64,000 nt of DNA from a bacterium (GTDB lineage: Bacteria; Patescibacteriota; Minisyncoccia; JAHIHE01), in contig JAUYBG010000006.1 of the NCBI GenBank assembly GCA_030693205.1, forward strand, positions 68,015 to 132,014, written 5' to 3'. A program made the translations under genes and the position numbers. A model generated the notes under the pieces. It saw nothing but the letters and a program-made list of their open reading frames with translations. It was not told the origin of the DNA and ran no database searches. Below, piece by piece: positions 1-9,740 of the stretch (the stretch's first letter is position 1; the number at the start of each line of letters is the position of its first letter).

Positions 1-119
1 GCTTGATCAATTTCAATATTTTCCGGTTTTACGGATAAAACCGGACGGGAAATGATTTCGAACGATATCCCGAAAAAAACCAATGGCACGCTCACTAAAA
101 CAGCGATTTTATTTTTCAT
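1..119 (-). CDS. hypothetical membrane/secreted protein, partial (runs off window)
   Basis: ATG at 119, open frame MKNKIAVLVSVPLVFFGISFEII... just downstream of scpB. Confidence 0.5.
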   Translation of the reverse strand, partial: MKNKIAVLVSVPLVFFGISFEIISRPVLSVKPENIEIDQ

Positions 120-124
120 ATTGA

Positions 125-655
125 TTATGCTTTTTCAATTTCTTTTTTTAATTCTTCGTATCGGGGCAATTCCTCTATGCGAGCGAAATTCAGTTTCTTT
201 AAAAAATCAAAGCTTATCTTATAATGCCAGCTTCTTGAATCATTGGGATTCTCAATCCTGTCAATTAACCCCCTAAGCAATAAATACCTCAAAGTAAAAG
301 TGCAGTTTACCCCCCTGATCTGCTCCACTTCCATTCGGCTCAAAGGTCCGCGATAAGCGACTATCGCCAAAGTTTCAAGCGACGCCCGAGTCAATCCTTG
401 CTCCAGTTCATTTTTCAAGAAATCATTGATATATTCCGCATTTTCTGAATTAGTCGCCAGCTGGACTTCCTCGTCTTTTTCAATAATTCTAATGCCGCGA
501 TGGCTTGAAGCAAGATCTTGTTTCAAGCTCTCAATTCCTTTTTTTATTTCTCCGCTGCCGAGCTTGGCGATAGCGGCGATTTTTTTTATCTTAATCGGCT
601 CTCCGGAAACAAACAAAATGCTTTCAATAATTGATTTTATTTTTTCATTTTCCAT
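125..655 (-). CDS. scpB: SMC-Scp complex subunit ScpB
   Basis: IESILFVSGEP, LETLAIVAYRGP, IRGVN motifs; adjacent to scpA. Confidence 0.95.
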   Translation of the reverse strand: MENEKIKSIIESILFVSGEPIKIKKIAAIAKLGSGEIKKGIESLKQDLASSHRGIRIIEKDEEVQLATNSENAEYINDFLKNELEQGLTRASLETLAIVAYRGPLSRMEVEQIRGVNCTFTLRYLLLRGLIDRIENPNDSRSWHYKISFDFLKKLNFARIEELPRYEELKKEIEKA

Positions 656-701
656 AAAAATAACTCCTAATTTATTATACTTAATGCATTACTATGTTTA
701 A

Positions 702-1415
702 CTATACCGCAATTTCTTTCTTGCTGATCATTATCTCTCCAAATATTTCTTTCTGTTCAACATTAATTATTTTCGCCTTAAAAAGCTCCAAAATCGCCAA
801 AAAGGTCACGATAATCTCTGTTTTGTTTTTCGCGCTTGCGGTAAGCGTTTTGAAACTCATTTCGATCCTCTGCTGCAAAGACGACTTTAATTCAATTATC
901 TTTTGTTCAAGAGTAATTACTTCCTTTACCCGTTCTTCAACCAGCTTTTCCGCTTTGGGCATTTCCGCCAAAATCCGGCTCATTGTTTTTTCGAGTATTG
1001 CCGCATCAATATCCGGCGGAGGGAAAAAACCCTGTTTCACTCCTTCGAAACCCTTGCGGCTAAAAGAAAATTGGCGTTTGTCAAATTCCAAGCCAAGCAA
1101 TTGTGAGACTTCCTTGAATTTTTTATATAAAGCCAGTCTCGCTTCAAGATCCGCAATAGAATCCTCTTCTTCCGGCGTCAATTCCAATATCGGCAACAAC
1201 GCTTTTGATTTGATCAAAATCAATCTCGCGGCCACAACCAAAAAATCTGAAAGATTATCGGACGAAATATCCAAATTCCCTTTAAGATGCCCGAGATAAC
1301 TATTGGTAACTTTTGCCAGCGATATCAATGTAATTTCCAATTTTTCCTTTTGGATCAATTCCAGAAGCAAATCCAACGGGCCTTCAAATTGTTCAAGTTT
1401 TACTGTAAATGGCAT
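702..1415 (-). CDS. scpA: segregation/condensation protein ScpA
   Basis: FEGPLDLLLELI, ARLILIKSKALLP, TFLAILEL motifs; start moved to MPFTVKL. Confidence 0.95.
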   Translation of the reverse strand: MPFTVKLEQFEGPLDLLLELIQKEKLEITLISLAKVTNSYLGHLKGNLDISSDNLSDFLVVAARLILIKSKALLPILELTPEEEDSIADLEARLALYKKFKEVSQLLGLEFDKRQFSFSRKGFEGVKQGFFPPPDIDAAILEKTMSRILAEMPKAEKLVEERVKEVITLEQKIIELKSSLQQRIEMSFKTLTASAKNKTEIIVTFLAILELFKAKIINVEQKEIFGEIMISKKEIAV

Positions 1416-1497
1416 ATTGCAGAGATTTAAGATTAAAGATTTATGATTTAAGAATAAATTCAAACCCATTCGTAAATCTTAAATCGTACATCGTAAA

Positions 1498-2034
1498 TCA
1501 TTTTTTTGTCTTTGAAAAACTACCTTTGATCATATTCTCAATCTTTTCAATCTGGCTACCAGCTATTCTAATCGACTCTTCAAATCCGCCCGCGTTAATC
1601 ACCAATTTTTTTACTTTCAATAATGATCTATCGATAAATGCCGGCAATTTAAACAAGCTTCCGAAAGGCGGAACTGTCCCGCCTTTTTTAATTTTAATTA
1701 TATTTTTTTTGATTATCGCCTCAGCTGCAAAATCAATTTCTTTAACCGCTTTAAAAACTTTCTTTTCCGTTTTAGCTGTTTTCTTCAGCCAATCATTATA
1801 CAACTTCTTGAATTTTTCCTTGTCAAAATTCTTATCCGCCGGAATCGAAGCGATCACATATTGCGCGAATTTACCTGCACCTAATTTCAACGCCACGGTT
1901 TTCGCCACTTCCTTTGGTTTGATCTTTAGCGTATTAGCCTTATCCAAAGCCGTGTAAACCGTCTTATGCTTTATAAGCTCGTATTTTACTTTCGCATTTT
2001 TCAATAATTTTTCGAGGTTTTTTAAAATAGCCAT
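1498..2034 (-). CDS. YbaK/EbsC aminoacyl-tRNA deacylase family protein
   Basis: HKTVYTA, VAKT, GTVPPFG motifs. Confidence 0.85.
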   Translation of the reverse strand: MAILKNLEKLLKNAKVKYELIKHKTVYTALDKANTLKIKPKEVAKTVALKLGAGKFAQYVIASIPADKNFDKEKFKKLYNDWLKKTAKTEKKVFKAVKEIDFAAEAIIKKNIIKIKKGGTVPPFGSLFKLPAFIDRSLLKVKKLVINAGGFEESIRIAGSQIEKIENMIKGSFSKTKK

Positions 2035-2062
2035 AAGTTTATTTCTCCTTGTTCTAATTAAC

Positions 2063-2128
2063 TGTCATTCTGAACTTGTTTCAGAATCTTTAAAAAATTT
2101 TAGATGCTGAAATAAATTCAGCATGACA
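2063..2128. repeat. REP-like palindromic element (TGTCAT...ATGACA family)
   Basis: tgtcattctgaacttgtttcagaatc ... gatgctgaaataaattcagcatgaca inverted pair. Confidence 0.75.
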
Positions 2129-2132
2129 CTTT

Positions 2133-2852
2133 TTATCTACAATCGTTTATCACTTTTTCCACATTAAATATAGCCTCTTTATCCGATTTTTGAACCTTAA
2201 CAATATGAAACGGGCTTGTAAGCGCTTGGGTTACCGCGCATCCGCGCCCGGGAGAATTTTCAAGCACTGAAACTTCAATTGTATTTCCTTTTTCCGCGAT
2301 CATATTGATTTCTGTGCCATATCCGCCGGTGGATTTTCCGCCCTGGAATACGGCAATGATCATATCTTTATCAAAATCTATCGGCGCCGGTAATTCCGCG
2401 TTGGTTTTTTGCAAAATCGGCATCCATTCGGATTTGCTTTTTATCACATAATTGCCTTGCCCTGTTGGATTGCCGTTTAAGCCCTTTATTATTGTTTTAA
2501 ACTTCAATTCGTTTCCCGGCATCGCATTGGCTTCGCAAGTATTCCGGCATTCTTCCAAACTGCCAAAAGGAAGTTTATCTATGCATCCGGCGCCATTTAC
2601 AACAACACATTTTCCTTCAATCGAATCAAACTCAAATCCTATTGCCGAACAAATATCGCTAACTTTAGCTTTCTGGCTGCACGGCGAATTAACTGATTTT
2701 ATTTTTGAATCAACTGCGGGGTTTACCGCAACCGGCAAATTACTTTTCCCTTTCTTTTCAAAAGCCAAAATAAATCCCAGTACGGCGCTAATGCTTAGAA
2801 TGATCATCAGAAGTAAATATATTCGAGCTGGCGATATTTTTCGTGCAAACAT
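2133..2852 (-). CDS. membrane-anchored protein with Kunitz-like Cys domain and PrcB C-terminal domain
   Basis: N-terminal TM; C..C..GC..PFGSLEECRNTC; IDFDKDMIIAVFQGGKSTGGY...VTQALTSPFHIVKV. Confidence 0.7.
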   Translation of the reverse strand: MFARKISPARIYLLLMIILSISAVLGFILAFEKKGKSNLPVAVNPAVDSKIKSVNSPCSQKAKVSDICSAIGFEFDSIEGKCVVVNGAGCIDKLPFGSLEECRNTCEANAMPGNELKFKTIIKGLNGNPTGQGNYVIKSKSEWMPILQKTNAELPAPIDFDKDMIIAVFQGGKSTGGYGTEINMIAEKGNTIEVSVLENSPGRGCAVTQALTSPFHIVKVQKSDKEAIFNVEKVINDCR

Positions 2853-2880
2853 ATTTTAAAATTTTTTAATGATTATGAAA

Positions 2881-4248
2881 TTATTTTTTTTCTTCCTTGA
2901 TAATCTTTTCTTTATGTAATAACAAATCGATCCGCTTCATATCGCGCGGAAAAAGAGTCGCTTCTTTCACATTCGCCAGTCCAAGAAGTTTCGCGGTTAA
3001 GCGCTCCAAGCCAAGCGCTAATCCGCCTTCCGGCGGCATGCCGTATTGAAAAGCCATCAGATAGAACTTAAAATTATCCGGATCAATTCCCCGGCTTTTT
3101 ATGCTTTGCACCAATTGATCGTAATTATTGATGCGCTGACCGCCGGTAGTGATCTCCGCGCCGCGAAACAGCAAATCAAAGCTCTTGGTGTAAGCCGCGT
3201 CTTTCTCGTCCGGCATCGTGTACCACGGCCTCTTCTTGGTCGGATAATGAGTGACAAACAAAAACTCCGAACCGAATTCTTTCTCGGCATATTCCGAAAG
3301 TATGCGCTCTTCTTCCGGTTCCAAGTCAAGATCGTCGGTTTTTTTACCGGAAATTTTTCTGGCGATTTTTTTAGCTTCCGGAAAAGTAATCGCGAGAATA
3401 TCGCCTATTGCTTTAGGCAATGCCACTCCAAGCGTCTCAAATTCACTTCGGCAATTAGCGCTCAGATGCGCAAATAAAAACTTAAGCCATTCAGTTTCAA
3501 TTTTCATCAAATCCGTATGATCTTTAATAAAACCCATTTCAATATCCAAACTAGTGTATTCGTTCAAATGCCTCGTGGTATCGTGCGGCTCGGCCCGATA
3601 AACATTGCCAATCGTAAAAACGCGCTCAAATACCCCCACCATGATCTGCTTATAAAATTGCGGGCTTTGCGCCAAATACGCCTTGCTTTCAAAATATTCG
3701 ATCGGAAAAACCTCGCTTCCGCCTTCGGTTGCTTCCGCCACTATTTTTGGCGCCTGAATTTCCGTAAATCCATTTTTTGAAAAAAAATCATGGAAAGTTT
3801 TTATAATCTCGGCCTGTACTTTAAAAATCGCCCGCACTCTGGCGTGCTTAAGGGTTAAAGGCCTCATATCCAAAAGTGTTTCAAGTCCCATATCAAGTTT
3901 CTCCGCGCCAAGATCAATAGGCAAAGGCTGCGCGGAGTTCAATACTACTAACTCTTCCGCCAGCATTTCCACTTTCCCGGTCGGAATTTTTTCATTGATC
4001 ATATTTTTCGGCCGTTCATTGATTGTGCCTGTGATCTGTACCACGTATTCGGCTCGCAAGGTTTCAGCGAGCTTTTGAAATTCCGGATTTTTCTTATTCG
4101 GCACAAAAACCACCTGGATAATTCCGGTGCGATCACGAAGATCGATAAAAATTATTTTGCCGTGATCCCGCCTGACATTCACCCAGCCGGCAAGCATCAC
4201 TTTTTGACCAATATTTTTTGGAGTATCTATGGTTAAAATTCGTTCCAT
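2881..4248 (-). CDS. aspS: aspartyl-tRNA synthetase, short non-discriminating/archaeal-like type
   Basis: RRDHGKIIFIDLRD, YLAQSPQFYKQ, YRAE, GMPPEGGLALGLER; no GAD insert. Confidence 0.93.
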   Translation of the reverse strand: MERILTIDTPKNIGQKVMLAGWVNVRRDHGKIIFIDLRDRTGIIQVVFVPNKKNPEFQKLAETLRAEYVVQITGTINERPKNMINEKIPTGKVEMLAEELVVLNSAQPLPIDLGAEKLDMGLETLLDMRPLTLKHARVRAIFKVQAEIIKTFHDFFSKNGFTEIQAPKIVAEATEGGSEVFPIEYFESKAYLAQSPQFYKQIMVGVFERVFTIGNVYRAEPHDTTRHLNEYTSLDIEMGFIKDHTDLMKIETEWLKFLFAHLSANCRSEFETLGVALPKAIGDILAITFPEAKKIARKISGKKTDDLDLEPEEERILSEYAEKEFGSEFLFVTHYPTKKRPWYTMPDEKDAAYTKSFDLLFRGAEITTGGQRINNYDQLVQSIKSRGIDPDNFKFYLMAFQYGMPPEGGLALGLERLTAKLLGLANVKEATLFPRDMKRIDLLLHKEKIIKEEKK

Positions 4249-4417
4249 ATGCATAGTATTAGGTATTATTAAGTATAAATCTATAAGATATAAAAATCTA
4301 AAAACAGCCAAAATTCGTCATTTCTTATAATTCATTCTAGCAAATCTTTTACTTTTTGGCAAAGAAAAAACAGCCCTTTGGCTGCAACGCAAAAAATCAA
4401 AGATATTAAGTCCGGCT

Positions 4418-4753
4418 CTAGTCGTTTTCCTCTTTATTACCGCCGTTTCCTTCTTCCTCTTCCTCTGCGCCTTCTTCCGAAGCAACGCCATCAAGCTGTT
4501 CGCGCTCTTTTTGTAAAATATCTTCCCACTCCTTATCATCCTGATTGGTCAGGGCGCGCACTTTTGATTTAAAGCTTTTATTGAATTCCACGACCATTTT
4601 CGGATTGCCAAAAAAGATCCTGTTCAATACGCCAATCGCTTCTTCGGGCAAAGTCGGCAAAACAACCAAAATATCATTTTGGTCCTGCACCGGAATATTC
4701 GACTCCGTAATTATTTTTTGAAACTCATCAAGCACTTGAGACATAAAAAACAT
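4418..4753 (-). CDS. hypothetical protein with acidic tail
   Basis: ORF track, start trimmed to MFFMSQ. Confidence 0.55.
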   Translation of the reverse strand: MFFMSQVLDEFQKIITESNIPVQDQNDILVVLPTLPEEAIGVLNRIFFGNPKMVVEFNKSFKSKVRALTNQDDKEWEDILQKEREQLDGVASEEGAEEEEEGNGGNKEEND

Positions 4754-4754
4754 T

Positions 4755-4961
4755 TTAAGTATTTTCCGCTTTTTCTTTTTTAGATTCAACAAAATACTTT
4801 GCCAGTTCGGTAGCATTATCGCACAAAGTCTTCCAGTCTTCAACCGCTTGCCTTTTTTCTTTAGCCAAAGCCATCGCGCCTTCATTTCCAAGACTACCGG
4901 TTTTAATTTCCGCCTCGGCTTTGATAAAGTCCTCCCTGTTTCCTGGTCCTTCTCCAAACAT
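4755..4961 (-). CDS. small hypothetical protein
   Basis: ORF downstream of TTGACA-16-TATAAT promoter (5036-5009). Confidence 0.5.
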   Translation of the reverse strand: MFGEGPGNREDFIKAEAEIKTGSLGNEGAMALAKEKRQAVEDWKTLCDNATELAKYFVESKKEKAENT

Positions 4962-5035
4962 AATTTTATAAAAATTAATATTTTATTAATTCTCCTTGAT
5001 TTTACTTCATTATACACAAAATTTATAATTTGTCA

Positions 5036-5148
5036 ACCCCGTTAGAAATTTAAACCAGAACTTTCAAAAATCTAGATCGTCAAGCGAAGCGGCTTCGCCT
5101 TACAACCAGATTTAATGATGAGAGTAATTTAAAAAATTCTAACGGGGT
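5036..5148. mobile_element. MITE-like element with ACCCCGTTAGAA/TTCTAACGGGGT terminal inverted repeats
   Basis: 12-bp terminal inverted repeats; related copy at 23193-23307. Confidence 0.75.
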
Positions 5149-5156
5149 CAAACCCC

Positions 5157-5645
5157 TTATATGGTTTTTTCTTCTAAAAATTCGTTCGCTTTTTGCAGTA
5201 TTTTTTGCGACTTAAGAAAAGTGAGCTCGCTGATAGCTTTGTTAAAATCCAGCCATTTGTATCCGATATGTTCGTCGGAAATTTTAACCTGATGCACTTT
5301 GGTTTCCGCCAAAAAAAGCACCGCGGTTTTATTGCTCATCAGTGTTTTTTTGCCGACTTTTTTCCGATAGAACCAGGAAATGGCAAATCGAAACTCGGGA
5401 ATAAAATTTATTTTTTTAATTCCCGTTTCTTCCCGGATCTCGCGCCGCGCGGTTTCCTGCTCCGTTTCTCCGCGTTCAATATGGCCTCGGGGAAAATCCC
5501 AGTGCCCGGATTCGTAATGAAGAAGCAAGTATCTGATTTTTTTTCTTGCTCGAGTCGATTCGCTCGAGTCGAAGCGGGCCTCGCCGTTTTTAGGCGGGCC
5601 GGCTCGGCGGAAAATTATCGCCCCGGCTGATTTTTCTCGTATCAT
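5157..5645 (-). CDS. NUDIX hydrolase (Ap4A hydrolase-like) with in-frame palindromic insert
   Basis: WDFPRGHIERGETEQETARREIREETG Nudix box. Confidence 0.9.
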   Translation of the reverse strand: MIREKSAGAIIFRRAGPPKNGEARFDSSESTRARKKIRYLLLHYESGHWDFPRGHIERGETEQETARREIREETGIKKINFIPEFRFAISWFYRKKVGKKTLMSNKTAVLFLAETKVHQVKISDEHIGYKWLDFNKAISELTFLKSQKILQKANEFLEEKTI

Positions 5646-5746
5646 AATAAAAACTCTAATCTTAACTTTAATTTAATCCTACCTTTTTCCCTCTAAAAAA
5701 TCAAGAAAAAAAGCTACTGTTTGGCGCACAGTAGCAAGCACGGTTT

Positions 5747-5956
5747 TTATGGAGGGCCTTTTGACACTTCGTGTTTTTCACGCAATATGCGGAATTTTTC
5801 CTCAGAAAACTCTTTTATACATTTATTGCATTGAAACGGCGCTCCTTTTACGCCTGAAGGGTTCTTGATTATTATCCCTCCGTGGCATTTATCGCTGTCA
5901 CAAGGCACACCTGTGACGGCTTGTTCCGCCGGAACAAACATACTTATTATTAACAC
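5747..5956 (-). CDS. small putative Zn-binding protein
   Basis: SD GAGGTGA, GTG start; CxxxxC and CxxC motifs. Confidence 0.55.
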   Translation of the reverse strand: MLIISMFVPAEQAVTGVPCDSDKCHGGIIIKNPSGVKGAPFQCNKCIKEFSEEKFRILREKHEVSKGPP

Positions 5957-6111
5957 TTGATTCACCTCTGAATATATTATAATAAAAAGTTCATAAAAAA
6001 TCAACCCCACTATATATTATTGCAAAGCCATAGATTTAAAAAAAATAAACCATTAAAAAGCGGCTCGATATCATCTCGCCGCTTGCCAATATGATTTTTA
6101 TTCCAATTTTT

Positions 6112-7851
6112 TTACATTCTCTCTAGCGTCTCGATCCCGAGCAATTTCAATCCGTTTTTTATCACGATCGCCGCGCCCGAAACCAACCCAAGCCGCGCCG
6201 CGCGCAGGTCTTTCTCAACAGTCAACACCTGGACATTTTCATAAAACGCGTTAAAATTATTCGCCAGTTTATAGATATAATCGGCTAAGATGTTCGGCAT
6301 ACGTTCCTCGCCCGCCCGCTCAATGATTTCATCAAAAATAGCCAATTGCCGCAACACTGCCGACTCGCGAGTATCTTTTAATAACTCCGGCTTGAATTTA
6401 AAAGTTTTGGCTGTTTTCGCTTTTCTCAAAATGCTTTTTATGCGCGCGTAAGTGTACTGCAAATACGGCGCCGAATTTCCCCGCAAATCAAGCATTTTAT
6501 CCCAGTTAAAACTAATGTCAGTCAGGCGATTCTGCGACAGGTCATTGTATTTTATCGCGCCGATCCCGACCGCTTTGGCAATTTTTTTCTTTTCCGCGTC
6601 AGGCAATTTCGGATTTTTTTCTTCCACGATCTTCCTGGCGCGGCCGATCGCCTCGCCAAGCACTTCTTCCAAAAGGATCACTTTTCCCTCGCGAGTGGAA
6701 AATTTCTTTCCATCGGCGCCCAGCACCATGCCAAATTTCACGTGTTCCGCCATCCCCGGTTTTATATAGCCCATAAGTTCCCCTGCTTTTAAAAGCTGCT
6801 GGAAATGTCCGGCTTGTTCGTTCGCGACGACATAAATGATCTTTTCCGCTTTCCATTTTTCCACCCGATATTTCATTGCCGCCAGATCTGTCGTCCCGTA
6901 AAGCGTGGCGCCATCGGTTTTCCGGATCATAAGCGGCGGCAGATTGTACTTATCCAGCGGAATGATCACCGCGCCTTGCGAGTGAATCGCGATATTTCTT
7001 TTTTCCAAAGCTTCGGAAATAATGTCATTGAGCATTGGCTGATAAAAACTTTCGCCCAGAGTATGATCAATTTTTACGCCAAGAATTTTATAGATCTTAT
7101 TGAACTCTTTCAAGCTTTCGCGGACAAAATATTTCCAGATCTTCACGCTTTCTCTGTCTCCTTCCTGGAATTTCTTGGTTTCCGCTCTCGCGTAATCGTT
7201 TAATTCCTCGTCTTCTTTCGCCCGCGCGTTAAAATCCACGTAAAGCCGGTTCATTTCTTTGGCAAAATTTTCCTTTAACGCTTTTTTATCCGCAAAATTT
7301 TTATACGCATAGATAAGCTTTCCGAAATGCGTGCCCCAATCGCCGATATGATTAACGCCTTTGACTTTGTATCCTTCCAGTGCATAAATATTATAGATCG
7401 CCTGTCCGATGATCGTTGACCGCAAGTGGCCCACGTGCATTCTTTTGGCAATATTGGGCTGTGAATAATCTATCACAACGACTTTTCCTTTGCCTATTTT
7501 TGCGCTTCCATATTTATCTTTTTGTTTTAAAATCACATTCAAGTTTTTCTCGGCGATTTCCGGCTTCAAATAAAAATTCATAAAACCCGGCTGTACAGCT
7601 TCAATTTTCTCAATAATCCCTTTTCCTAGTTTGTCATCCTGAGCTTGTCGAAGGACGACTTTCAGCTTGATGGCATTTGCAATCTCCATCGGCGGTTTTT
7701 TCAAAATTTTCGCCGCGACCAAAGCGACATTGCTCGTATAATCGCCTAATTTCGAATCAGGCGGATAAGATACGTTAAAATTGAGCATTTCGGCAATGCC
7801 CATGTCTTTCAAAGCTTTAGCAATTAGATCGTGGATTTGATGTTTATACAT
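6112..7851 (-). CDS. argS: arginyl-tRNA synthetase
   Basis: IDYSQPNIAKRMHVGHLRSTIIG, GDWGTHFG, YLQYTYAR, C-terminal ERM. Confidence 0.97.
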   Translation of the reverse strand: MYKHQIHDLIAKALKDMGIAEMLNFNVSYPPDSKLGDYTSNVALVAAKILKKPPMEIANAIKLKVVLRQAQDDKLGKGIIEKIEAVQPGFMNFYLKPEIAEKNLNVILKQKDKYGSAKIGKGKVVVIDYSQPNIAKRMHVGHLRSTIIGQAIYNIYALEGYKVKGVNHIGDWGTHFGKLIYAYKNFADKKALKENFAKEMNRLYVDFNARAKEDEELNDYARAETKKFQEGDRESVKIWKYFVRESLKEFNKIYKILGVKIDHTLGESFYQPMLNDIISEALEKRNIAIHSQGAVIIPLDKYNLPPLMIRKTDGATLYGTTDLAAMKYRVEKWKAEKIIYVVANEQAGHFQQLLKAGELMGYIKPGMAEHVKFGMVLGADGKKFSTREGKVILLEEVLGEAIGRARKIVEEKNPKLPDAEKKKIAKAVGIGAIKYNDLSQNRLTDISFNWDKMLDLRGNSAPYLQYTYARIKSILRKAKTAKTFKFKPELLKDTRESAVLRQLAIFDEIIERAGEERMPNILADYIYKLANNFNAFYENVQVLTVEKDLRAARLGLVSGAAIVIKNGLKLLGIETLERM

Positions 7852-7957
7852 ATAACTTAAGTATATCTCAAAAGTGAAATAAAAAAAAGAGGCATTGATC
7901 CGCAATTTATGGTGAGTTTAATTTACCAAAAAATTTGGATCAGATGCCTTTGAAATT

Positions 7958-8875
7958 TTATATTGTCGTGCTGTTATCTATCGTGTTTGTTTCAGGATAG
8001 AATTTACAGAATTGATCCGTCAATGCGGCAAGGGCTTCAAAAGCATTTTTTACCGTAACAAGATCTTCGCCATCCCGGAAACGCTGCTTATCAAGATTTC
8101 CTTTTGGATCAAGCTGATCCATCAGATTATCTTTTGAAAGATCAAACTTCTTTGCTTTTATCGGCCAGATTCTTATATTTCCCGCAGTTATCTCATCAAT
8201 CATTATCAGGTCTTCTGCCGCAAAAGACGATGTGGAAATATTCTTGATTATTTGAGATTTCAATTCCACGGGCCAGCCATATTCTTGCTTCCAGTCAATC
8301 AGCTGATAGTCAAGTTCATGAAGCACTTGTTCGGCAACCAGAAAGGCTCGCTCGTTAATATTCCGCATTGCCGCAAAATGCCCTTTTTTGTCTTTTACCC
8401 TTATGAAATTTGGGTCAATCATTGGATCGTGGAAGAAATCGTCTTTGTAAAAGAATTCTGTGTAAAGATCCTTGAAATGATGGCCTTCCTTGATATTTGG
8501 ATTTCTTTCCAAAATAGAGCCCGTACCAACTCGTCTGGTGACGACTTCAAATGGCGCCTTTTGAGCCAATCGCCTTGCCAAAAATTCGGCATCGCCCACC
8601 TTGCCCATATAATGCGTAGGTATTCCCCATACATTCAGCAGACGGAAAAAGTTGTCATTTGTTCTGCAGTCTATTATTTCCTTTCCCGGTATCGTTTCCC
8701 GCGTTTCGCCGTCATGAGCGGTAATATCGGACTTAAACTGAATCGCTACCGCAATTTGACCGATATGCGGAAGTTCGTTGCCTGCACATTCAAAGACTCT
8801 TTTTGTCTTTCCTTCTATTATAAGTTTTCCTTTTTTTACTTCTCTAAATTCTCCCATTTCAACCACCTTTTCCAT
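7958..8875 (-). CDS. purC: SAICAR synthetase family protein
   Basis: EGKTK, DITAHDG, GIPTHY, EVVTRR.GTGS, YKDD..HDP, LDKQ.FRD motifs. Confidence 0.85.
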   Translation of the reverse strand: MEKVVEMGEFREVKKGKLIIEGKTKRVFECAGNELPHIGQIAVAIQFKSDITAHDGETRETIPGKEIIDCRTNDNFFRLLNVWGIPTHYMGKVGDAEFLARRLAQKAPFEVVTRRVGTGSILERNPNIKEGHHFKDLYTEFFYKDDFFHDPMIDPNFIRVKDKKGHFAAMRNINERAFLVAEQVLHELDYQLIDWKQEYGWPVELKSQIIKNISTSSFAAEDLIMIDEITAGNIRIWPIKAKKFDLSKDNLMDQLDPKGNLDKQRFRDGEDLVTVKNAFEALAALTDQFCKFYPETNTIDNSTTI

Positions 8876-9030
8876 TAATTTCTTTTTCCATTTTCAATCA
8901 CCTTTTCCTTTTATTCTCTGTTTTTTCAAAGAGCAAAAAATAAACAGATTATACTCTAATCCGCCTCCTTGTTAATATTAACCTTAAATGAAAATCTCTA
9001 AAATGTCAATAAAAAAAGGCGTCTATGCGC

Positions 9031-9405
9031 CTAAAATTTACGTTTGTTTTTTGATATGCTTATCAGGAAGATCATTAGATCATTGCCCGAATCAGTGATC
9101 CTATACTTATACAATTGACCGGTATCCGTGCCGATTTCCGCAATAACTTCTTCCACCCAATCTTCCTTAACAAGCCAACGGATAACTTCTTCGATTTTAA
9201 TGCTTTTATCCGTCTCAATGCCGACCGCATATCCGTTTATTGATTTTACAATCTCTTCCTTTGACCAAATTTTCTTACGATGCGAATACCATTTTTTACT
9301 CGCCAAACACCGCAAGATAATCAAATGCAGCGATTCCTGCGAAGCTTTATTAAAAAACTTATTCGATTTTTCTATCGAGGGATTAAAATTATCTTTTTCT
9401 TTCAC
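9031..9405 (-). CDS. hypothetical, winged-helix-like protein
   Basis: ORF track; WLVKEDWVEE...YKYRITDSG wing-like pattern. Confidence 0.5.
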   Translation of the reverse strand: MKEKDNFNPSIEKSNKFFNKASQESLHLIILRCLASKKWYSHRKKIWSKEEIVKSINGYAVGIETDKSIKIEEVIRWLVKEDWVEEVIAEIGTDTGQLYKYRITDSGNDLMIFLISISKNKRKF

Positions 9406-9531
9406 TTTTTTGCCTCCTATGATTTCGTAAACTCAAGCTACTATAAAAATGGAATTTTGTCAACTCTTGCTCTTGCTTTTTTTCTCAAAATGCGTATAAT
9501 ATGAAAATAGTTCCAAAGTAGTTTTTATTTT

Positions 9532-9604
9532 GGGTCGGTAGCTCAGTCGGTAGAGCAACAGCCTTTTAAGCTGATGGTCGTGGGTTCGATTCCCACCCGA
9601 CCCA
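9532..9604 (+). tRNA. tRNA-Lys(TTT)
   Basis: GGGTCGG acceptor, CAGC-CT TTT AA-GCTG anticodon arm, GTTCGATTC T-loop; promoter TTGCTT-16-TATAAT upstream. Confidence 0.95.
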
Positions 9605-9651
9605 CTAAAATAACGCATAACTTGTAATTAAAAACTTATAACGCTATATAT

Positions 9652-9681
9652 TAAAAACCGGCAAAGCGCCGGTTTTTGTTT
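9652..9681. terminator. bidirectional intrinsic terminator
   Basis: aaaaaccggc-aaagc-gccggttttt between convergent tRNA-Lys and dnaJ. Confidence 0.7.
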
Positions 9682-9740
9682 GAAAATTAAAGAATTGAAA
9701 ATTCATTGAAAATTTAAAATTGTGAATTGAAAATTATTCG

